A stretch of 63,856 nucleotides of DNA, the filler included, from Sphacelaria rigidula (Eukaryota), in assembly GCA_964200075.2 (NCBI GenBank). It is 10 parts of 10 records of this genome, joined end to end, with 100 filler letters (N's around TTAATTAATTAA, not from the genome) between each part and the next. Parts side by side here need not be neighbours in the genome. Positions count along the whole stretch, not along the records: positions 44,772 to 51,066 come from CAXNAA020020954.1; positions 51,167 to 57,461 come from CAXNAA020020955.1; positions 57,562 to 63,856 come from CAXNAA020020956.1; 7 more parts are not named here. One strand, 5' to 3'. Below are positions 50,121-63,175 of this stretch, piece after piece. Numbering within the stretch: position 1 is the first letter of the stretch; each line of letters begins with the position of its first letter. Position numbers and translations under genes: made by a program. Below the pieces are notes generated by a model that was not told the origin of the DNA, searched no databases, and saw only the letters and a list, made by a program, of their open reading frames with translations.

Positions 50121-52128
50121 CGCTCACACCTCAGTTTTACGTTGAAGTTGCCTGGTGACGAGGAGAACGCCTCCTGCGAAAATATTTCGTACGTACCGTG
50201 CGTGGCAGTGGCGGCAATCATGTGTAGGACTGATTAGAGTCTTTTCCCGACCTCTTCCCCTAAAACCAGCCCAAAACTGTCACGAACGTTCCCCAATATA
50301 TCGGTTATCGATACCCAAATTTGTAGGGCGTGTAGCAGTTGTCAATAGCTACCAGTAGGTGAACGAAACAAAATCATCTTCGACGATTTTGTGTGGATGC
50401 GAAGATTTTCATCCTCCGCGTTCTCATCGTCAATGAAAAGCTTCATCCTCGATTTCGATGATGGGCTGTTTGTTATAGCCTATGAGCGACCAGTAGTGTG
50501 TAAGCGATCGATGCCAAACATTGTAGTCAAACGATACGTGCACACGCTTCTTTGTGCAGAGGGCGACTTAGCGGCATTTTACTTGCAAGTTTGAATACTT
50601 GGGGCGTGTCTTCGTACATTGTTTTTCGATCAAAAATGTGCGGTGGAAACGGAAACTCCGATCCCATAGATCCTGATTTCAATTATCCTAGCTTACTTTG
50701 AATATTGTTAAAACCATGATCTCTCGGATCGGGATATTGTATTTGCTTTCTCCCGCACTCTTTCGATCGAAAGTTGATGTTCTAAGGCCGGATGTTTTGG
50801 CAAACATATTTTTGGCCCACGGGTTGTTCACCTTTGGGGCGTTTGACCCACTTTTTGACCCCCAAACAGGGAAAATCGCCGACACACGTCTCGGACACTT
50901 TGCATTACCCCACAGAGAGAAGCCTAGCCCACTTTTCAGATTCGCTTGGCTCCGAGGTTTCGAGGTTGGCCGCTGAACAATACTTCGTGTGCAATAATCT
51001 TTACTTGCCAACACACGGCAGTTTGCGCATTTATCTGTGGAGATCGCCGTAGATTTTATTGCACACNNNNNNNNNNNNNNNNNNNNNNNNNNNNNNNNNN
51101 NNNNNNNNNNTTAATTAATTAANNNNNNNNNNNNNNNNNNNNNNNNNNNNNNNNNNNNNNNNNNNNAGCGTAGTACAGTCAGTGCAAAAGTAGTTGTCCA
51201 TGTTGTATGTACAGTACAGTGCCAACAGCATAGCTGCTGCAGCACTTCGTGCATCCTCTTCATGACCGTAGAACCAGGGACAGACAGTACAGACAGTGCA
51301 GTAATTTTTTGCCGGCATCGTTACTACCGTAAAACAGCACGATGTTGCCCCTGCTGGCTGCGTTGACTGCTCGTATCGTTCCATGCTCGTCGTGCCCGCC
51401 ACCGATTACGGATTCTGTAGTATTCTGCGTACCGAGACAGTTGCTACCGCACTACTAACTGTCACATGAATTTGTTGTGTGCGGTATGGCACAAACCGCC
51501 TGCTGCACACATTGCGCCGCTTGCGACACGACTACTGTTCCACGCGGCGATCGGCTGAAGTAAGGGTTGATACGCCTATCATTTCGATCCCTATTACGTA
51601 GAATACCAGTAGCTACTGTGCGTGCGTGCGTGTGTGTGCGTGTGTGTTGCCATCCCATCCATGCTGTACCTCGACAGGATTATTTACGTGTTGGTTTACC
51701 GCAGGCTCGCCTCAGGTAGCACAAGCACAACATGCAAATGATGACCACTACCAGCGTCTGCACGCAGGCTAGATGATGGCCTCGGGTGTACGAATCCCCA
51801 GGATTTTTTCATTGACTGTAAGGTGGGGTTCTGAAAACTGATTTCTCTGGAGGAAGTCTCTGAGAAAAGTCGCCCAAAATGACTTTTCTCAGAGACTTTT
51901 TTCAGTCTAAAAGAAGCGGCCCAAAGGCTGGATAATGGATAGTTGGATTGTTTGATTTTGTAACCGCACAATGTTTTTTTTCTTTTTCAATATGTACATC
52001 ATTTCCTCAACTCGAGCCACACCCTCTCATATTTGGATATTTAAATAATTCCCTCACTTGTCCCACCCCCCGACCCCGTCCCCTTTCTCCCCCTTTTTTT
52101 GCTTCACCGTCTGCTCCCTCAAATCTAG

Positions 52129-52302
52129 CCCTACGAATTCCAGCCGTGCGCGCACCATGTCGACCCCGGAGCCTCCGGCTATCCTGAATGCCCCGACAGC
52201 GAGTACCCTACTCCTGAGTGCTTGTCGTCGTGCTCTGACACTGGTTTCCAGACTACGTACGGGCAGGACAAGCGCAAGGCGAAGAAGGCGTACTCGTTGA
52301 TC
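52129..52302 (+). CDS. CTSB: Cathepsin B exon (occluding loop)
   Basis: PYEFQPCAHHVDPGASGYPECPDSEYPTPEC...YGQDKRKAKKAY, tag acceptor, gtaagt donor. Confidence 0.92.
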
Positions 52303-52883
52303 GTAAGTTTTTTTTTTCCCAATTGAATCTTTCATGATATTTCTTGCTTTTATGTGATTTTCTTGTTTTGGTTGTTTCACCGTCTGTGTGCGAAGTATGA
52401 ATCAATATTTTTTTTCTGGTCCCGATGGGTGTTTGTGTATTTTGTGTTGGAGACAAGGAGAAATTGATCCTTGGAGCGTGTCTGTTTTATTTATTTATTA
52501 TTTTGTGGTGTAAACAATGAGAGAAAAAGATGCGTACTGAGATACGTGGGTAAAATGTGCTCCTGCGTGTTTTTCCGATGATGTAAGGCTGAACAAACCC
52601 GGAGGGGTTCTGTTTTCCCATTTCGAAGCAGAAATTATGGTGAAAGCTGTTTTTTTTTCTTGACACCATTCTGAGTGTCGCTTCTGTGGAAGCGTGTCAT
52701 GCGTCATAACCGCAAGACTGATTGGTTTCTCGGCGGAAGATATTGACTCATGTCACTTGTCAACGTATCACGCGCCAAGACCTTCGAAGTAGTCTCCCTT
52801 GCTTATTTTTCGCTTGTTTTTCGCTTGTCCCCGACCCTGCATGTGTTCCGAATGATCGCGTGGTGGGTGGTTTATTACCACAG

Positions 52884-52995
52884 GGTATCCAAGACATTCA
52901 GCGTGACATGATGAAGCACGGCTCCGTGACCGCAGCATTCAGCGTTTACAGTGACTTTCCCGTCTACGCCGGTGGTGTCTACAAGTACACGGAAG
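52884..52995 (+). CDS. CTSB: Cathepsin B exon
   Basis: GIQDIQRDMMKHGSVTAAFSVYSDFPVYAGGVYKYTE, cag acceptor, gtgtgt donor. Confidence 0.93.
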
Positions 52996-53677
52996 GTGTG
53001 TGTATGCCAGGGTTGTTACTTTTATTTTTTTCATTGTTGTCTTCATATATGTGGCTTTTCTGTTTCGTCCCTGGGAGCACGTGTTGGTGTGTGTGAGATA
53101 CATTTTTTTTCCGGCACTTCTTTTTTTCTTCTCGGTTTTGTGTTGCTGTTTGTCCCTGAGCTTGGAATTTTTTTCCTTCGTTCACGTTGTTAAGTTTACT
53201 GCTTTTGATTTTTTTTAAATGGTTTAGCTTGTCGTCCCTGGTGATTCTTAAGAGCTAGAGAGGGAGCTTTTTTAACGCTCCCTCCTTCCTTTTTTGTTGT
53301 TGTTGTTGTTCTTCTCAATGTTTTTGTCTTCGGGAACACGTGTGCATGGAAGACTGTTTCCTCCGCCTCGATCGTTTGTCGTCTGTTACCGCTGTCTTTC
53401 CCTGTGTGCCCGTGTACGGACAGTTCGAGCAGATGAATATATTCTGACGCTTACATTTCTCTCAATTTTTTGGAGGAGGGGCGAGGGGGGGAGGGGGGGG
53501 AGAGAGAGATGGATGGGAATTAAGGATGAGCCTCGGGAAAGAACAAAAAGTAGTGTAACCGAATGTGTCTTGAGGAAACGGATTATTTGTGTGAATGACT
53601 TCAAAATGCGACAAGAAGGTAGGATTCAAAAGAGATGGAACACGAAAAAAATACGTTTTCACTGACGGAACATGTAG

Positions 53678-53941
<264 letters not shown>

Positions 53942-54798
53942 CGATCTTGAGGTGGAATCAATTCGATCAGCACTATTTTCGGTCGGTCGTAACTTTTTTG
54001 AGAGGTGTCTGGCCGCCGGCGCGGGGCGGGGGGGAAGGCGGGGGGGTCTCTGAGTTGTAGTGTTGGTCACCATGTCGATCTTGACCGAGAGAAACGCCGC
54101 CCGCCGTCACTTGTTGCAGACCACGGCCCGAGGCTTGCCCCCGGGGACCGCAGATCTTCCGACGTAGAGAGTATATCCGAGAAGCGGATATTTGAGGTCT
54201 GAACACAAGATGTGGTGTGCACCTTTTTGTTGGTTGGCCGGGTACGGAGTCCATGATATTGACGCGCAAGTACGCAAACGCGAAACTTTTGGACAACATT
54301 TTGACTGAAACATTGCGGTATTCCCGAGGGGACCAATCCGACCTCTGAATAATGACTTGACAATGCCACAAAAATTTATTTTGGGTGCGGGGTGGGTGGA
54401 ACACATTATTGGGTTTTGGCAACAGTTGTCTTGATTTTTTCTGGGGTTTTGGAGCAGGTCCTCGTGTCTGGGGTTGTAACTAGAATTCTTGGTGGGACAC
54501 TATGATACGTTGCGATTGTCGGCTGTTGTTGCCGTGAGGCTATCGAAGGCTGTATGATATGTAAATACTCGACTTGTTTCTATTACTTCCTGCAAATGTT
54601 GTTTGTTGTTTCGTAAGCAGTAAGCGGCCGAGTGTAGGGTGGCGCACGCCGATTGAGGGCACGGAACAGAAATGCATGGAATGCTTGTCGGGCTTGGGAT
54701 GTGTAAGTAAGAAAATGATTTGGCTTTCGAAAAGAAGAGATGTAGGCAACGCTGAGTCGTTGGACATCATTTCTCATACGAGACTTGTATATATAATT

Positions 54799-55136
54799 AA
54801 GGATGTGTTGGGCGGGGTGAATGCCCGGGTATTGACTCGTCTGAATCTTGTGTTTGATGGTTTGACATCCCCACTCGGCCCAAATATCGGGTAAGTTGAC
54901 CCTTAGACAGCGAGAGTAGGTCATTTGTTGAATCGGCATCAATTTCACTTCATGAAGCATGCATGGTCCAGATGGACTACGTTCGCCGTCCAAGGGTTAC
55001 GTACGATCGCAAGACTCTGCTGAATATCCGGGTATTGTTGAGTACGAGCCTGATACTCTACCCAAGTTCTGGGTGCTTCGAGTACGATTTTTCAAAATAC
55101 CAAACTGTAGGAAACACCCTACCCGACACATCCTCG
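54799..55136. mobile_element. hAT-like MITE containing a nested piggyBac-like MITE (54900-54996)
   Basis: TIR aggatgtgttgggcggggtg / caccctacccgacacatcct, with an imperfect 8-bp TSD atataatt/atacattt. Confidence 0.6.
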
Positions 55137-58100
55137 ATACATTTGAAGAATGGATAGAGGTCGAGTGCGCACCTTTTTGCCGTACGGAGACGGGTGAGGA
55201 TTTGATTGCTGAGTTTGAAGGTCAGGTCCTGCGCCGATGGATTGGCTGGGTATCAGGGCTTGACCGCAGTTGGTGGACTTGAGTCCCTTGCTTATGGTAT
55301 GGGTGATCTCGTCACTTTTGACATGTGTAGAGTGCGACGGAGGTTGTTGGCGTTGTGCATTGATTCGCTGCAGCTTGGCCCGAGTAACGTGCATGTTAAA
55401 GTCATTTTACATACTTGGTTGGTGTTTGATTGTGTCCACTGTGAGCAACTCGATTGCATTCATTCACAGTTGCGAACGAAAACATGATGTCAGCACCCCT
55501 TTCTATAACCTTTTATTTCGTCCTGTCCGTTTTGCATACTCATGTTCTATTCGTTAGTCGCGGAAATAATAATAATAATGATTCGGTTTTCACCGCACTG
55601 ACGTTTTCTCGACACCGTTGGAACCAGTGAGAATCACGCCAGGGCGCACGATTTGGGGTGAGAGGAGTGGCCTAAAACACTAGGCTCACCTGTCTACCCT
55701 TTACTAGTTCTTGTACGTATGTATCAGATTTGAAAGTTCAGCCGCCGCGCCCCGGTGATGGGAGCTGGGCCAGCCGTGAAACATACAAACGCAGATGACA
55801 CAACAGCTTCTCAAGTTTCCCGAATCAGCCCGATCAAAGCATATCGCTGTGAACTACACACCAACGTAGTCATGCACGCTCTAAAGCTCAACAAAAAAAT
55901 GAGAAAAAATGTACTGCATAATGCCTGACCGTAGCGACGGAACGAGAAAAACGAGGAGCTGTCGGCATTTGAACTGATGACCACAATAAATGGAGTCTCC
56001 TGGCAGGGATGCAGCGAAGTAACGCAAAACGTGCCAGGCTGAGCCCAATATTGGGACTTTTAGGTCGAGTTTTTATCAGATCTCCTGCACGTAAGCACTT
56101 GAAATGTTTCTTGGAATTTCGTCGTTTTTCGTTTTTTTCACGGAGTTATGATGTTTTTTCAGTTTTTGCTGAAATTTAAAATTGCTCTGACTTTCTGCTT
56201 TTCTGTTTCCTCTTCGCATCCCGAGAACTATTGCGCGTGTTGATGATAATGTGTCGAAATTTCGGCGCCAACTCCTCAAATTTAGCACTGCCGGACACCA
56301 AAACATTCAAGAATCACTGCCAGCCGGCCCAGCTCGTATTGATTAAATTGGATAACAAAGTCAGCTAGGGGGAAATAATGCGGATTCGAATCCCGGCAGA
56401 TGCGTTCGGCTTTTTTTTTCTTCTCGGAAGTATCTGACTGCCGTTGTTTAAAACGTGATCACAACAACGTTTTCGTCAGATTGAGAGTAGAGCGCTGATT
56501 TAGAGTCGCTTTGGTCATTCCATCCACTTTAACTAGCCATTTTTTCATTCCCTGCGTGCTTTTCCTTGCCTCTATCACTGGCGTGTGCTTACAGCTACAG
56601 TACACGTCGATATCCTACTCAGGGATATCAAGGGTGGCCAGCTACTATGGAAATCATATTGAGCCTCGGGGAGGTGCATTTCGGAACTGAAACGATCCAT
56701 TCACTTGTTGACCGCTTTTCACTCTCAATCGTATCCTCTACTCTCAATCTCACGAAAACATTGTTAAACGTGAAGGCAACGAAGAAATTCTTTGAGAAAG
56801 TCGGAGCGACGCGGGGGTGCTGATTCAGTTGAGTCATGCTACGTACGGTAGGAGTTGCACATTTAGACCCATATCTCTCATCATAGAGGGGCTCCCAACG
56901 GTGAGAGCAACACAAAAATATGGGTGAGGACATTGCCGTTTTCAAAATTCATGAGGCATATTCCTAGCCCATTGGAATGCTAGCCGTGCTCTCACATGTT
57001 TCACAAGTCGTTTTTTGGATCAGAGAGTAGAGACCTCCTAACGATTCGAACCCCAGAAGACATTTGTGCACTCTTACCTACCGCAGCACCACTCAACCTG
57101 CGATATCAACATGTAGGGCGTGTACCGGGAGAGAAATGGGTTGATCTCGTGAGACCACGGACTCGTCCCGAGGAAGGGGAGGGATTGAAAGTAACAACAG
57201 CGGATTCTCGAAAATGGGGTTGAAGAACAAATAAATGAGGTTCAACCCAAAAGCCGTGCTTTCTCTGACCTAAATTCATTGCAAATGACTCTTTCATATG
57301 GACCACCCAATCCCTCCCGACTCCCCTAAAACTATTTCGGGGGATTTCTAGCCTCCCGTTCCCCCAAAGGGAATGCGCGAAAGCACACTTTTGCCTCGAT
57401 TTCGGGGTGAAAAAAGACGTTTTTTGGCCCAAAAATCGTGCTTTCGCGCATACCCTTTGGGNNNNNNNNNNNNNNNNNNNNNNNNNNNNNNNNNNNNNNN
57501 NNNNNTTAATTAATTAANNNNNNNNNNNNNNNNNNNNNNNNNNNNNNNNNNNNNNNNNNNNGCGGATTCGTTTGTTGCGTTCGGGAGCCGTTGAACCCTT
57601 GCCCCCGCATCCCTTTCGCGAGGGGCCCATGGGGGGGGGGGGGGGAATGACTTATTATGAACGTACTCTGAAACAGTACCGCGGGTACTGATATGATGCC
57701 AAAAAGACTCATCGCCTGGAGGTAGTGTCAGAGTGTGTATGGTTTACAATAGAGATACGGGCGACATGCATCGCGTTTCAAATTAGTGGGGGGGTTTTCG
57801 AGGCACTTCTTGCACGTAAGTCGTAAGTTCGAGGCATCTCTGCGAGAAGCACATTTTAGTTGAGTGCTCCACATAACAACATGAAAGAGACTCGAATGTA
57901 CATGCAGATCGATTGACAACACGTGCGTCCAAGAGAATACTGACAAGGAATACGTGTGTGCGGATAGTATGACACATTTATGCACACCATACTTGATGAA
58001 ACCCCGTGGGGTCTCTTGCACAAAGCACGGGCTAGGTACCCCTTCCTCCCCCTCTCCCTTCACGAGTTGGCGTCGGCTGGCAGCGACGCTGTAAAACACG

Positions 58101-58660
58101 CCACTCACTGCGTAAGCGAGGCAAACAGGTTACAGTTTTTATTTCACGTGCGTTTTTTTGGGGGTAACCATGGCGGTGATCGAGTGAGATCACATTGTGC
58201 GGGCGGGGTTGGGAGGTTCTCAACTTCGCGCAAAGGAGATAGTCGTACAACCCAGTACATAAATGGTGACACACCCATGAGGCAGTGTAACCCATGGCTG
58301 TCTCTGGAAGTCGCGATTCCAGAAAATGAAGAAACTCATGCGATCCTGTCATCCATATGCAAGAAAATTTGTGAGCTTCGGGCCGGACAGTCTCAGGAGA
58401 ATGTGGTTTACCCCTCGTGCCACTCGCCGAACACATCATGGCGGTCCGCGCTTGGTGATGGATTGCGAGCCTGGTCTGGTGAAAACCTGGTGTGCTCCGT
58501 CCCGGCCTCATAGGGATGCGAGGTCAATGATCTTATGACCACGGCATGCAGGGTCTCAAGTACACCTCCCCTCACACCGCGTAGAAACGTTTAAAAACGC
58601 GACCGAAATCAACATCGTCCTGTTTCTCCATTGACATACACACCTTCACCACGAAGGGAT

Positions 58661-59118
58661 TGTGCACTTGTCAGGTGTTTGGTATGGCCGTGGCGCTCTT
58701 CCTCGCAGTGCACCGTTTCATAGCGGAGCAAGGCAATTGTCACGACAGATCTTGATGGGTTGAACACACGACGTACCCGAGTGGGACGCTGCATCGCCGT
58801 GCTTGTCACTATTCAGTCAGACGTCACCCGCTGGTGTACAGCTTCACCTGAACCTTCTCTCTCTGAATCTCAGCCCTAAACCACAACTATAGTGCTTACA
58901 AGATAGAGCCGCGGAGCCGTTCTGGCTAGACTGAACACTGGCTACAGTACTGGTTCCCGGACCATTCCTGTTGGTACTTTGTACTGGACCGCACTGACTG
59001 GTTCCCGGACCATTCCTGTTGGTACTTTGTACTGGACCGCACTGACTCCTACCAGGCTAGTTGACTACACGCCTGAGAACCTACGTATTAGATCTACGTC
59101 GAAAACATAATCTGCACA
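58661..59118 (-). repeat. 3' LTR (458 bp) with a 48-bp internal tandem duplication (58950-59045)
   Basis: Direct homology to 62423-63175, with the PPT tgagggag adjacent at 59119-59126. Confidence 0.92.
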
Positions 59119-62100
59119 CTCCCTCATGTACAGTGGTAAAACCAGAGAGCTGATACGATCACACCCAACGTGCTAGATACGAGGCAAACGAATATTTCCA
59201 CTTAATGCCATAGAAGCCACGTGGTAGATCTGGACCCTCCGGGTTCGTCCCAACTTCCTGCGCCGTTTCCGTTCTGACATCCTTCGTCGAGAACGGCAAC
59301 TTGAACGTTTGTTGGCTGTGTGTGAGGTTGTCCTTGCTCGGCATGCATCCCGCACCCTTGGGTGGTCCCTCCACTGCTCTTGTCGTTTTCTTTGCCGCGG
59401 GCTCTTCTTTTGCTTTTTGGTCAAGGGTAGAGTCGTCCGCGTTCGGCACGAATATATTTTCGAGCTTGGCTTTTTCGCGATCTCCCAGAGTCTCCGGGGG
59501 TTCGGTGATTCGGCCTCGTTAGAGATCATCTTCGTTGGAGGAGACCTGATCCTCCAGTCCGACCTGCTGCTCGTTTCTCGTCTGGGATGCCTCGGTCTTT
59601 GGACCTTCGGAGCGCTCGTCCGCGCTTGGAGTCGCTCGAGTTACAGGCGCCGCCGGTGGCACCCGTGGTCCCCGCGGTTCACCGGCCTCTCGGCTCTGAG
59701 GCTCGTTGCCCTTCCGTTGGATTTCCTTTTCCATGACCACTTCCCTTATGTCAGCATCGGGTTCTGCCAGGGCTTCTTTTTCTGTCGATGGTTCCTGTGG
59801 TCCAGTGACGATCCCGCCCCCGAGCATGCAGAATGCGCCCTTGTCCTGATCTTGTAGAAGGGTGGCGAGGAAATTTCTGCGATCAGAACTGCTGTCGCCA
59901 GAAGTTCCAAAGCTTTGTTGTGCGTTGTCTCCTCGATGCCGTTGCGCTAGTCGACTGGACCTGCGCAGTCCACCATCTGGAGAAAAGCGCTTCGATGATG
60001 GCGGGTCATGAGGTGGCTGTCCACCCGGGCCATCATCGCCATCGATTGGCGCTGCTTTCTCTTCTTCCGATGGTTCGTCCTCGTTATCACCGAGTTCGAT
60101 CGCCTTCCGCTCCCCCACAATGTCTAGGATCTTGGCCTCTTGATTCAAACGTGATGTGTGAAGACTTAACGAACTTTGATTCCTGTATCAGCCATACATA
60201 CCAGCAGAGAGAGTGCCGATCGTGTCCCACCAAGATGCCCCGCGTGGCATATAGGTGGAACTTCGCAGCGGCGCCGCGTTGCTGCTTATGCTGATGCACG
60301 AAACACTCGGATCCCCAAGTACGAAGCCGGTCGTAGTTGGAAGGCTTTTCTGTCAGCCTCTCACATGGGGTCTCGGCTCCGAGGTACTCGTGGGGCATCC
60401 CTGCGGTCTTGAATGCCGCGTCCGCCACAGCGAAGAACCAGTAGTCTTCTCCGCGTCGCGCTTCCACCAGTTGGCTGCGTGCTATCCTCATCAGTTGTTG
60501 AATTGCACGTTCAGCGATTCAATTACTTTGCGGTGTCCTTGGCGGTGAGGAGCGCCATTTCAATGCCGCGATTGGTCAGCATGCGTTGAAATTTGACTGA
60601 CCGTCCAAGATCCCCAGCGCCGTCTCCGCCTAAGCATTTGATGGCCACTCCCTCACGGGCCATTTCGTCGATATAGGCTGCCGTGGCGTCAGCGGCAACA
60701 TCTCGTGTCTTGAGTCCAACAACATGCTTGTCTCAACTGGCCTCGTCCACGAAAACCTGAAAGTATTTTATGCCCCGTGACATCGGCGTGGAAAGGCCCC
60801 TCAAGGTCAGTGTGCACAACTTCACCTGGTGATATGGGACTCCTGCCGCCGCGGCCGTAGATGAGCGCCTCGGACTTTCATTCCCTGCAGATGCTTGCAG
60901 CGCATCTCGGATGCCACCGTGGTATCGGTGACAGTGATCAGCCCACGCTTTTCGAGGTGTTTTATGGCAGCCGGGGCCGGATCGATGTGTCCCAAAGTGT
61001 CGTGCCACTCCTTCAATGTGAGGCGCTGCTTCTTGTTTGCGAACGAAGCGTACGCCGACGCCGCATGTTTGCCATCTCCCTGCAGCGATGCCGACAGGGT
61101 CAGGAACCCTCTATTCTCGGCTAAGGGGATCTTCGGCGCATCCTTTCTGAACCAAAGGTAGCTCTCCTTCCTGCCGGAATGCACGAATTCTCCTCCGTCA
61201 CGCCGAATCGTTCCGGTACTCAGCAGCCGGCAAGGTAGTCCAGGGACCCGAAGTACGTCCCTCAGCGTGATCTTTGCCGGAGCCTTCTTTCCCCGAACGC
61301 TCACGTGCAACGACATCTCTCTCATTCCCAGTGCCTGCAGCTGTTCCTAGTTCCCAAATGTACGGCTTCGATTGACCGTACGTTTATTTCTGAGATCCTG
61401 TTTCCAGGGGGTCATGTGGACATTCGCTCCCGAGTCGCAGAGAATCAATACCGTTGTGTCACTGTTGGTCGACGTGCACAGGGATACTACTCGCTCATCT
61501 TCGACTACCACGTTCATCGTCATCAATGCCTGCGGTCTGTCCCTCCTCCCATTACTTCTGTCGTTTTGTGGAGGAGGTGGGAAACGTTCGTGCGGGGCTC
61601 ATCCCCGGCGGTCGTGGAGCCGGAGGTTTGTCGGTGAGGAAGGAGCGACACTCCCGTCACCTATGATTTTGCTTGAAACAGTAGGCGCATTGATTGCTAT
61701 CGAGCCCCGAGTCGGTTTTGTTGCCGTCGGTTCTCGATTGGAACGCTACTGCCTCATCGCGGCGTTCCATATCAGACGTGAGGTATGTAGATGATGCTAC
61801 AATTGCCCGTTTCAGCTCATCGTACGTCATACCTGGCGAGGTTATTAGCTGGATGAAAACTTGTGGAAGCGCCTCCTTGATCCCGAGTAAAAGGGCTGCC
61901 CTTGGTCTCGTTGGCTTTGGCGTTTCCAAGCGCTTCGAATTCCCCCCAGATGGTGTCCAGCTTCACCACAAAATCTGCTGATTCTTCTGCAGAAATGCAC
62001 TGGAGATCCCGCAGTCTTCGTTCTAATGCAAGTAGTTGCGCAGGCCGCTTGTCCTGTGCACGTCCTCCGTCGATCCGTTCCATCTCCAGCCAGGCTTTCC

Positions 62101-62407
62101 TGCCGTCAGGGTTGCCGCCGTGCTCGCATCGTGCGACGATGCCTGCGGCTGACCCTTTCGTAGCCTGTGCCACGAGAAACCATAAGGAATGTATATTGCG
62201 TTGATGCGTTTCGTACGCCCTACGCTGGTCGAGTGTTGCGGTCGCCGGAACGGCCGGTGTGGTGTAATCTGGTCGCAGCAGGGGGTGTAGTCCCTTCCCC
62301 CCAGCGTATCCAACGATGGAAAGTCTCCATGCGCCCCATGTTTCTCGCGAGTGCCCACGAGCGCCCGTTCAGACTGACAACTTGCGTGGGTCTACCTCTA
62401 TATTCCT

Positions 62408-62422
62408 CGAGGCTCACGAACC
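62408..62422 (-). promoter_or_regulatory. PBS of the half-tRNA(iMet) type
   Basis: GGTTCGTGAGCC directly after the LTR ...CA, resembling the GGTTATG(G/A)GCCC site of copia/Ty5-like elements. Confidence 0.65.
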
Positions 62423-63175
62423 TGTGCACTTGTGGGGTGTTTGGTATGGCCGTGACGCTTTTCCTCGCAGTGCACCGTTTTATAGCGGAGCAAGGCAATT
62501 GTCACGAGTGATCTTGATGGGTTGAACAGACGACATACCCGAGTGGGGCGCTGTATCACCGTGCTTTTCATCGAGGCAACCTGAGGAAATGTACGTGAAC
62601 AATGGTTGGCACTGTGGAGATGCCGCCAAGTCTAACGTTAACCCTAACCCTAATCCCGACCAAGGCATACCGAGGACCCTCGGGCAAGGGGATGCAGAGT
62701 GTTCCCTAGGCAAAGTGTGCGTTGCCAGAGCTCGAATCGACGCCTTTCAGCGGATTTTGGACCAAAACACGTTCTGGACGAGCTGGGTCTACAACTCACC
62801 ACTGCTCACCTGCCCCAGATCATGATTTTCTCAGAATTTTCTTGAGTCTGAAATCAAGTAAAATCGAGTACCACCCATTGCTTACGTACATTTCCTTAGC
62901 TCTACTGCTTTCATTATTCGTTCAAACGTCACCCGCTGGTGTACAGCTCCATCTGAACCTTCTCTCTCTGAATCTCAGTCCTAAACCACAACTATATTGC
63001 TTACAAGATAGAGCCGCGAAGCCGTTCTGGCTAGACTGAATACTGGCTACAGTACTGGTTCCCGAACCGTTCCTGTTGGTACTTTGTACTGAACCGCACT
63101 GGCTCCTACCAGGCTAGTTGACTACATGCCTGAGAATCTACGTATGATATCCATGTCCAATACATAATCTGCACA
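62423..63175 (-). repeat. 5' LTR interrupted by a MITE
   Basis: Homologous to the 3' LTR except for 62571-62905. Confidence 0.92.
62571..62905. mobile_element. hAT-like MITE with CCCTAA repeats inserted in the LTR
   Basis: TIR aggaaatgtacgt.a.caatgg.tgg, flank duplication tgcttt(t)ca, absent from the other LTR. Confidence 0.8.

Larger units (their letters stand above)
58661..63175 (-). mobile_element. Ty1/Copia LTR retrotransposon, both LTRs present, RT/RNase H absent
   Basis: LTRs with TGTGCA...TGCACA ends, TSD gggat/gagat, PBS and PPT. Also Gag (DGRKAW, CAYC...H), protease CDSGANVHMT, WHDTLGH and an integrase core, all frameshifted. Confidence 0.93.
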
